Below are positions 50,346-57,543 of a stretch of 64,000 bases of DNA, one piece after another (position 1 is the first letter of the stretch; each line of letters begins with the position of its first letter). The position numbers and the translations under genes are program-made. Source of the stretch: a virus. The stretch lies in the IMG/VR virus record IMGVR_UViG_3300010885_004110, positions 1 through 64,000 of that record. One strand, 5' to 3'. The notes under the pieces were generated by a model. The model was not told the origin of the DNA. It searched no databases and was given only the letters and a program-made list of their open reading frames with translations.

Positions 50346-52120
50346 TAAAAATTAAAAATTTAACAGTACGTAATTTTATGAGTGTTGGCGCACAAACTCA
50401 AGCTATTGGGTTTGACAAAGGAAATCTAACATTGGTGTTAGGTGAAAATTTAGATTTAGGTGGAGACGATAGTGGAGCTCGTAATGGTACTGGCAAAACA
50501 ACTATTATTAACGGACTCAGTTATGCTATTTTTGGCACAGCATTAACAAACATTAAAAAAGATAACCTCATTAATAAAATTAACGGCAAGGGAATGTTGT
50601 GTACTGTTAGTTTTGAGAAAGACGGTGTTGATTATCATATTGAAAGAGGTCGCAAGCCTAACCTATTGAAGTTTAGTATTAACGGACAAGAACAAGAATC
50701 TACAGATCGAGACGAAAGTCAAGGTGATAGTAGAGAAACACAGAAAGCCATCGATGAGTTATTCGGTCTAAGTCATGATATGTTTAAAAATATCATAGCA
50801 TTGAACACTTACACTGAACCGTTTTTGTCTATGAAATCTTCTGATCAAAGAAATATTATTGAGCAATTGTTAGGTATTACACAGTTGTCTGAAAAAGCAG
50901 AAGCATTGAAGGAACAAATTAAATTATCCAAAGATGCTATTGTAACAGAGAATACAAAAATTGAAACAATTAAAATTTCAAATGAAAAAATACAACAAAG
51001 TATTGATGCTCTAGAACGTAAACAACGCATGTGGGAAGAACAGCATGAAACTAATGTTACTAATCTAGCAAAAGCCATTGACAAACTATTGCATATTAAC
51101 ATCGACGATGAAATTCTGGCGCATCGAGCATTAGATGCACACAACGTAAAACGTAAAACTATTAACGATCTTAATAGTTGGATTAAGCGATGTGAATTAG
51201 ATGAAACTAGAGAACAAAAACTAATTGACACTCTTAAGATAGAAATTGCTAGTTTAGAAAATCATACATGTCATAGTTGTGGACAGTCATTTCATGACGA
51301 CAAACAAGTTATATTGCTAGAAAAGAAGAAAAAAGATCTACAAGAAGCTGCATTACAGGCATTAGCTACTAACGGTCAATTACTCGAACACTCCGAGGCG
51401 CTTGCAACTCTAGGAGAGTTAGATGCTATGCCAGAAGTAACTTACGATAATCTAGAACAAGCGTTAAATCACAAAAATACATTGAGTAGTCTAGAACGTG
51501 ATTTAGAAGTTAAATGTTCAGAAAGCAATCCTTATCTTGAACAAATTAACGAACTTAAAAATACCGCTGTACAAGACATCAACTGGGATTCAGTAAATCA
51601 ACTGGTTAAACTTAAAGATCATCAAGAGTTTTTATACAAGTTATTAACAAATAAAGATAGTTTTGTTCGTAAACGAATAATTGATCAGAACCTAGCCTTC
51701 TTAAATCAACGATTAACCTACTATCTTGATAAGATTGGATTACCACACATTGTAGAATTTCAGAACGATTTAACGGTGATTATTACACAACTTGGGCAGG
51801 ACTTAGACTTCGATAATCTCAGTAGAGGTGAACGAAATAGACTCATATTGAGCATGAGTTGGGCGTTCCGTGATGTGTGGGAAAACCTATATACTTCTAT
51901 TAATTTGTTGTTTATTGACGAATTAGTAGATAGCGGCATGGATTCTAGTGGTGTTGAATCCAGCATTGCGGTATTAAAACGCATGAGTCGAGAGCGTGAT
52001 AAGAATATTTTCTTAATTTCACATCGAGACGATTTAGCTAGCCGTGTAAATCATGTACTTAAAGTTATTAAAGAGAATGGATTTACTAGCTATTCAAATG
52101 ACGTGGAGATTGTTGCTTGA
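50342..52120 (+). CDS. recombination ATPase gp46 (Rad50/SbcC)
   Basis: NGTGKTT Walker A, CHSC zinc hook, LSRGE signature, LFIDE Walker B, ISH. Confidence 0.93.
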   Translation: MIKIKNLTVRNFMSVGAQTQAIGFDKGNLTLVLGENLDLGGDDSGARNGTGKTTIINGLSYAIFGTALTNIKKDNLINKINGKGMLCTVSFEKDGVDYHIERGRKPNLLKFSINGQEQESTDRDESQGDSRETQKAIDELFGLSHDMFKNIIALNTYTEPFLSMKSSDQRNIIEQLLGITQLSEKAEALKEQIKLSKDAIVTENTKIETIKISNEKIQQSIDALERKQRMWEEQHETNVTNLAKAIDKLLHINIDDEILAHRALDAHNVKRKTINDLNSWIKRCELDETREQKLIDTLKIEIASLENHTCHSCGQSFHDDKQVILLEKKKKDLQEAALQALATNGQLLEHSEALATLGELDAMPEVTYDNLEQALNHKNTLSSLERDLEVKCSESNPYLEQINELKNTAVQDINWDSVNQLVKLKDHQEFLYKLLTNKDSFVRKRIIDQNLAFLNQRLTYYLDKIGLPHIVEFQNDLTVIITQLGQDLDFDNLSRGERNRLILSMSWAFRDVWENLYTSINLLFIDELVDSGMDSSGVESSIAVLKRMSRERDKNIFLISHRDDLASRVNHVLKVIKENGFTSYSNDVEIVA

Positions 52121-52347
52121 GTACAGATTCGCATGATAACATGATTCATGCATTTCAAGAATATTTTAAATGGCAGACCCGTTTTGAATACACAGGTGTA
52201 GACGAAGCGGGAATTAAGGCACGATATTGGTTATCAGAAATTAGAAACGAAGCAAGCATTAGGCGAACAGAAATCCAAAATAAGCGAAAAGATAGGCGAA
52301 CAGCCAGAAATGGCAAAACAGGAAGGCCACGTAAACTAATTACGTGA
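52117..52347 (+). CDS. small basic hypothetical protein
   Basis: TTG start overlapping the gp46 stop; Arg-rich C-terminus. Confidence 0.6.
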   Translation: MSTDSHDNMIHAFQEYFKWQTRFEYTGVDEAGIKARYWLSEIRNEASIRRTEIQNKRKDRRTARNGKTGRPRKLIT

Positions 52348-52781
52348 TGACATGGACTTATAAGAAGAAAGAAGTTACTGAAATCTCTGAAGATTACCTT
52401 GGTTTCGTATATCTTATTACTAATGTTGTCTCTGGTCGCAAGTATATAGGCAAAAAACTAGCTAAGTTTGCAAAGACAACTTATAAAACGGTTACTTTGA
52501 AGAACGGCAAAAAGAAGAAAAAGAAAATTAGAGGCAAGATCGAAAGCGACTGGAAGGACTATTATGGTTCTAGCGATGCGTTAACAGCAGATATACAGGC
52601 ATTAGGCAAAGACAATTTCACCAGAGAAATACTATTCTACTGCAAAAACAAATCAGAATGCAGTTATATTGAGGCAAGAGAACAATTCAAACATAAAGTT
52701 CTAGAATCAACTGACTGGTACAACGGTCATATACAAGTTCGAGTTCACGGCTCACACATTATTAAGAATAAGCTACCGTAG
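52347..52781 (+). CDS. minimal GIY-YIG family endonuclease
   Basis: GFVYLITN...KYIGKK, YYGSS, FTREIL, YIEAREQ, WYN; no appended DNA-binding domain. Confidence 0.8.
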   Translation: MTWTYKKKEVTEISEDYLGFVYLITNVVSGRKYIGKKLAKFAKTTYKTVTLKNGKKKKKKIRGKIESDWKDYYGSSDALTADIQALGKDNFTREILFYCKNKSECSYIEAREQFKHKVLESTDWYNGHIQVRVHGSHIIKNKLP

Positions 52782-53280
52782 GCACATAGTAGGCTCAATA
52801 AATTTAGGCAAGTTATCGCCAAACAAGCCCGCACAGGCGATTATATTGTGCCCAAAATCCGTTCTGATGTGTGACGGTAAGGAATCTCTTATTGGCGAAG
52901 AGTAGCAAATCACTATCCTTAACAGGACGACGATCGGATATGCCTTTCATAAAACCGGTTTGATTTGTAAGAGAATTCAGTAGACAAGGCTAAAAGAAGG
53001 GAGAAAAACCCTTAGACTAATGTATGTGTTAGCGTATGTATGTTAGTCCACCGTCAGTAATAAGACAAAGCTCGTGGTACCGGCTGACCGCCACTGTAAT
53101 GCTTTAACGCTAAGTGTATTGTGCAACTCACATAATGCTAACTTTACCCTGCTCGGGTAAAGTGTGACTGAACAATCTACATAATACTTAAACTGCTTCG
53201 CAGTAAAATATCTCATCATTAAAGAAGAAAAAATTCGTTGAGCGTTAAGCGAAAACGAATACGAGCGTTAGCTCGTAAAT
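52782..53280 (+). ncRNA. putative large structured non-coding RNA (or structured replication origin)
   Basis: About 525 nt with no ORF in the track; more than 10 complementary segments, crossing long-range pairings, G-U pairs favouring the + strand. Confidence 0.55.
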
Positions 53281-53313
53281 ACAATAAATAACACATATAT
53301 CTTTAGGTTGAGC

Positions 53314-55224
53314 ATGAGAATACAACAATTATCTACTAGTAAGCATTATCTCTATGAAGGACTGGACTATAGTAATAGAAAAACTATGGTTTTATGGGAA
53401 AGTGCTGGCTTACAATTAAAAGAAGCAGCTCTAACAGCTGATCAAATACAAAGTCTATTTGCTGAGATTGAGAAATCAGCAACAGATGCTGGGGGTAATC
53501 GTACAGCCCTAGGTATTGGCAAAGATGCAATGTCTGCTGTTAATAAAGCATGGGAAGATCTAAAAACAAAGATTCAAGATAGTGGTCCGATTAAAGCTGT
53601 TGATCAGAAATATGATGATGTTGTTGGGAAGATCGAAAAAGGTTTAGGTGGCCCAGACAATGCTGTTAATCAAGTAATTCAAAAATATCGTCAATTTGCT
53701 AAAGATCATCCTATTGCACAGGGTCTAATCTATTCAGCACTAATTGCTGCTGCTGGTATTAGTGGTGCAGGTCTAGGTGGAGCAGCAGTATTAGGACTGC
53801 TCAAGATGACAGACAAGCTGCTACAAGGTGAAAAATTTAGTAGTGCTGCATATGCTGGCGGTAAAACTGGTGCTATGGCCTACGGTGCAAGTAAAATTGG
53901 AGATTATGTCAAGGGCAAAATGGCAGACAAAGATGCCTATGATGCCATGGGTGATGCACAGGATCTAAGACAACAACTAGGCGATCCTAATGGCGAATTG
54001 CCTGGCGCTAGTTTAAAAGTAGGCCAAGAACTTCCGGACGGCGAAACTATTACTGGATTAGATTCAAGTAACCCAAATGCAGGTGTTACTATTACAAAAC
54101 CAGATGGCGGAACATATACAGTTAGTCGAGACACTGCCCAGTCAATGACAGGTCAAACTGGTATTAGTCCTCAATCAACTGGCCCTGTTTCAACAGGTGC
54201 TGCTAGTGATCCTTCTGCAGGTGTTACTGACACTGTAGCCAAGCGTGGTAATTCGGGTTGGGACACAATGAAGGCAAATACAAATCCTGATGGTAGTCCA
54301 TTGACAGTAGATCAAATAAATGCTGCTAAGGCTTCGTTACGTGCAGGTAATGCAACTGATATGTCCACCCCGACAGATGCTGGATCAACAGTTGCATCTA
54401 AAGCAGCAGATGTTGCTGTTGGTGCTGGTAGTCCGCCACCGGCCGGAGCAGCATTTAATTCTGCCTATCTACAACAGGTAGTAGATGCAGAAGGTAAAAG
54501 CGGTATAAGATTTAAAATTAGTCCCGAGGATGCACAAAAAGCTCTAGATTGGCAAGACTCAAATGGCGGACAACTTGTACAGGCTGCTAGTACCGCAGGC
54601 AAAGCTGCCTCTGGATATAGTAAAGACTACTTAGAAAAAGTCTTAAGTGGTGATCATCCACGCCCAATGATTTCAAAAGAAAAAGCTGCTGCCTTATTGA
54701 AGAGTATGGAAAGCGTTAATCGTAGTGGAAAACGATTAAGTGAAGGTCAGATTTATCTAGTTTTTAATCGTGTCTGTACTGTTAACAATTATATGTTATC
54801 AGAAGGTCGATTAGTTGAAGGTCCTATGGATTGGGCTAAAGGACTTGCAGGTAAAGCAATAGGTAAAGCTAAGACAGTTGGACATAATTTAACAACTAAA
54901 GTCACTGCCGACAAATTAAACTCAGCTTGGCAAAAAGCTGGAAGTCCAATGGACAGTGCCAAACTTAAGGCATTCTTAACACAGCAAGGTGTTTCACCGG
55001 AAGTAGTAGACACTGTATATTCATCTATGAAAATAACAGATGCACCAGCCGATCAACAAGGACAAGCAGTTGACTTTGAACAAGTTAAAGCAATGATTGC
55101 TAAATTACCTTTAGATAGAAAAGAAAGATTATTAAAATATATACAAAAGAATTCAGGATCTGCTGCGCCAGCAGCACCGAATAGAGATGCCGGAGACGGC
55201 CGCATAGAACCAACACTCGCATAA
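53314..55224 (+). CDS. probable internal head/ejection protein
   Basis: Late TAAATA boxes at 53276 and 53285; many LxE motifs; hydrophobic Gly-rich segment. Confidence 0.55.
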   Translation: MRIQQLSTSKHYLYEGLDYSNRKTMVLWESAGLQLKEAALTADQIQSLFAEIEKSATDAGGNRTALGIGKDAMSAVNKAWEDLKTKIQDSGPIKAVDQKYDDVVGKIEKGLGGPDNAVNQVIQKYRQFAKDHPIAQGLIYSALIAAAGISGAGLGGAAVLGLLKMTDKLLQGEKFSSAAYAGGKTGAMAYGASKIGDYVKGKMADKDAYDAMGDAQDLRQQLGDPNGELPGASLKVGQELPDGETITGLDSSNPNAGVTITKPDGGTYTVSRDTAQSMTGQTGISPQSTGPVSTGAASDPSAGVTDTVAKRGNSGWDTMKANTNPDGSPLTVDQINAAKASLRAGNATDMSTPTDAGSTVASKAADVAVGAGSPPPAGAAFNSAYLQQVVDAEGKSGIRFKISPEDAQKALDWQDSNGGQLVQAASTAGKAASGYSKDYLEKVLSGDHPRPMISKEKAAALLKSMESVNRSGKRLSEGQIYLVFNRVCTVNNYMLSEGRLVEGPMDWAKGLAGKAIGKAKTVGHNLTTKVTADKLNSAWQKAGSPMDSAKLKAFLTQQGVSPEVVDTVYSSMKITDAPADQQGQAVDFEQVKAMIAKLPLDRKERLLKYIQKNSGSAAPAAPNRDAGDGRIEPTLA

Positions 55225-55235
55225 GGAATAACACC

Positions 55236-56378
55236 ATGAGAATTAATGAATTTTTAACCGAATCGGAATTGCAAGAAGGCCCAATTCTAAATAAAATAGG
55301 AGCAGGCATCGGCAAAGCTGTTGGAACAGCAGCCAAGGGAGTCGGAGCAGTTGCTGGCGGAGTTGCGGGATTAGGTCGTGCAATCAAAAAAGGTTTTACG
55401 GCAGGTAGAGACACAGTCGGTGGAGCAGGCGACGATGAAGCAGATGCAGCACCAGCAGGAGGAGGTGCCTCAGCAGCACCAGCAGCACCAGCAGGTAATG
55501 CACCAGCAGGTAATGCACCAGCAGCGCCAACAGCACCAGCAGGTAATGCGCCAGCAGCACCAGCAGGTAATGCACCAGCAGGTAATGCACCAGCAGCGCC
55601 AGCAGCACCAGCAGCACCAGCAGCACCAGCAGGTAATGCACCAGCAGCGCCGGCAGCACCTAAATCACAATTTGGAAAATTATCAGCAGCAGCAAATGGC
55701 GAACCCGCAGCACCGGCAGCTAATCCTAAAGCAGATACAGCATATGCTCAAGCGCAAAAAGCAATTGCAGGATTAGATTCTAAACAAAAAGGTGAGTTAG
55801 TTGCAATGTTGCAGAAAGAAGTTAGTAAAAAACCGCCTGCTGCTCCGAAGACAAAAGCTGATCCAGGTGCAGGAGCAATGGGTAACATGGCAGGACAGTT
55901 AGCTAAAGGTGGAGCAGCAAAACCAAACACAATGGCTAATGCTCCAGTGAGCAAAACAAATACTGCCAAGCCCGGTAATCCAAATGCAGCACCAGCCGGT
56001 AACTACAATGGAAATACCGGAGCACCGGTATCAGGTAAAGCTAAAGCAGATGCAGAATTTGATGCTAGTCCAGAAGGTCAAGCAATGCAAGCTAAAGTTG
56101 ATGCAATGGGAACTACTCCAACAAAACCAAAAAGAGCATCAAGAGCTAAAGCGCCAGCAGCAGCGCCTGTAGATCCTACAGCAGCACCAGGTGCTGAGCC
56201 AACAACTCCAAAGAAGAAAGGTGGACGTAAGAAGCCAGCAGCACCAAGTCAAGCAGAGATTGATGCAGACAGAGATCGTATCATGGGTAACTTTACCGAC
56301 AGCGTTAATCGATATAAGAAAGTTATAGCAGAAAATGCTATTAGGTCCGGAGAGATTAGTATTTTTAGAAAGCGTTAA
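55236..56378 (+). CDS. Ala/Pro-rich probable internal head protein
   Basis: MRINEFLTESELQEGP N-terminus; APAGN repeats; AAGGA RBS. Confidence 0.6.
   Translation: MRINEFLTESELQEGPILNKIGAGIGKAVGTAAKGVGAVAGGVAGLGRAIKKGFTAGRDTVGGAGDDEADAAPAGGGASAAPAAPAGNAPAGNAPAAPTAPAGNAPAAPAGNAPAGNAPAAPAAPAAPAAPAGNAPAAPAAPKSQFGKLSAAANGEPAAPAANPKADTAYAQAQKAIAGLDSKQKGELVAMLQKEVSKKPPAAPKTKADPGAGAMGNMAGQLAKGGAAKPNTMANAPVSKTNTAKPGNPNAAPAGNYNGNTGAPVSGKAKADAEFDASPEGQAMQAKVDAMGTTPTKPKRASRAKAPAAAPVDPTAAPGAEPTTPKKKGGRKKPAAPSQAEIDADRDRIMGNFTDSVNRYKKVIAENAIRSGEISIFRKR
55446..55660 (+). repeat. coding tandem repeat of GCACCAGCA(GGTAAT) units
   Basis: Six APAGN units mixed with APA units. Confidence 0.9.
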
Positions 56379-56380
56379 AC

Positions 56381-56406
56381 AAAAAGGGCTCTAAGAGCCC
56401 TTTTTT
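56381..56406. terminator. bidirectional intrinsic terminator
   Basis: AAAAAGGGCTCTAAGAGCCCTTTTTT between convergent genes. Confidence 0.9.
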
Positions 56407-56407
56407 A

Positions 56408-56590
56408 TTAGAAGAACGGTAGTCCCGACTTTTTAGTTGTTTCAAGATTGTCTTTGATGATTTCACCAACTATACCACGTTCCTCACTACTGAGCATTAA
56501 TGCATCCCAGTAATTCATGCCACGCATGTACCAGCATATCTTCAAGATATCTTTTTTAATTTCCTTAGCCTCTTTTTCGAGATGCTGCAC
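56408..56590 (-). CDS. small gp51-like protein, probably also the -1 frameshift extension of the gp26-like gene
   Basis: In the -1 frame relative to the upstream gene; frame is open from the slippery site. Confidence 0.65.
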   Translation of the reverse strand: MQHLEKEAKEIKKDILKICWYMRGMNYWDALMLSSEERGIVGEIIKDNLETTKKSGLPFF

Positions 56591-56619
56591 ATACAGTAGG
56601 ATCTCCGGCTGAGGAAGAA

Positions 56620-57477
56620 TTAAGAGCCTACCCCGAAAAAATTTGTTTGATCCATTGTAAGCTCAACGTTAAATTCGTGCTCACATTCTAGACATTTAAC
56701 ATTTTGAGATTTTAATGACATTAAATCTTTCATTTCGGAAATACGTTCGTTTACCATGTTGAATACTTGACTTGATGTATTCTCCATAAACTCTTTAATC
56801 ATACCTTTGTCATTAACAATCCCTTCGGGAGTTTCAATACTAGCAATACAATTGACAACAATATCAACAGTAAGTTCTGTTAATTTTACAAAACTCTCAC
56901 CAAACTTTTCAACTTTTTCTTCTTCTGATAAGTTTTCATCTGTTACCACTGCAATTAACTTTTGTTGTTCAAACGTCTTGATAGCAGCTTTGGTAATTTC
57001 TTTATAGTTGTAAGGTCTTAGATTAATAATCAATCCGTTGACCTCTAATCGACTATCATAATGGAACTCGGCAGCATGATCTAAATATTTTAATAAATCT
57101 AAATCGTATTCATTTCGATGCTCGCATGCAGGACAGTCTGTTGATACTTCCATGCTTTCACCATAACTGGCAATACGGATAGCAATTAACACAGTGTCCA
57201 AATCAATGCTGGGCATAAGCCAAGGATTTTTAATAGCCGGAATGCAACTTTTAATAACCTCAACAGTTGCTTGCCCGTTCATTAATGCATCCGGAGTCTT
57301 AAACATTAATTCGTCTTTAGCTGTCATTGCATACACAGCATATTCGTCGTTTTGACTTACATCTAACGATCCTTCTTTATAATACTCACCGTGACTAGGC
57401 AATCGAATAAACAATTTTGGTTGTCTAAAATAATTGGCTAGAGGGTTGCCAATAGGCTTATTAACTTGATCTGACAT
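56620..57477 (-). CDS. baseplate hub assembly chaperone, gp26-like
   Basis: RLPSHG, MTAKDEL, DLDTVLIAIRIASYGE, CPAC and CLEC zinc knuckles, C-terminal NFF. Confidence 0.8.
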   Translation of the reverse strand: MSDQVNKPIGNPLANYFRQPKLFIRLPSHGEYYKEGSLDVSQNDEYAVYAMTAKDELMFKTPDALMNGQATVEVIKSCIPAIKNPWLMPSIDLDTVLIAIRIASYGESMEVSTDCPACEHRNEYDLDLLKYLDHAAEFHYDSRLEVNGLIINLRPYNYKEITKAAIKTFEQQKLIAVVTDENLSEEEKVEKFGESFVKLTELTVDIVVNCIASIETPEGIVNDKGMIKEFMENTSSQVFNMVNERISEMKDLMSLKSQNVKCLECEHEFNVELTMDQTNFFGVGS

Positions 57478-57489
57478 TTTTTTCTCCGA

Positions 57490-57518
57490 TAAATACTTTA
57501 TCTACTCGTGTATTTATA
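57490..57518. promoter_or_regulatory. paired late promoters for divergent genes
   Basis: + strand TAAATA 57490-57495; - strand TATAAATA 57511-57518. Confidence 0.6.
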
Positions 57519-57543
57519 TGCGTAGTTTTTGGGGTTTTATTAA

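Noticed and set aside
52863-52885. CTGATG as a hammerhead ribozyme core
   Set aside because: Lacks CUGANGA and a correctly placed GAAA
53010-53050. AGACTAA...TTAGTCC resembling group I intron P7
   Set aside because: Only about 24 nt separate the strands, too short for P3' plus P8; no interrupted gene flanks the region
55446-55660. Possible CRISPR or guide array
   Set aside because: No unique spacers; coding tandem repeat with no cas genes
55378-55776. Poly-Gln/His ORF and antisense poly-Leu ORF
   Set aside because: Alternative-frame shadows of the Ala-Pro minisatellite
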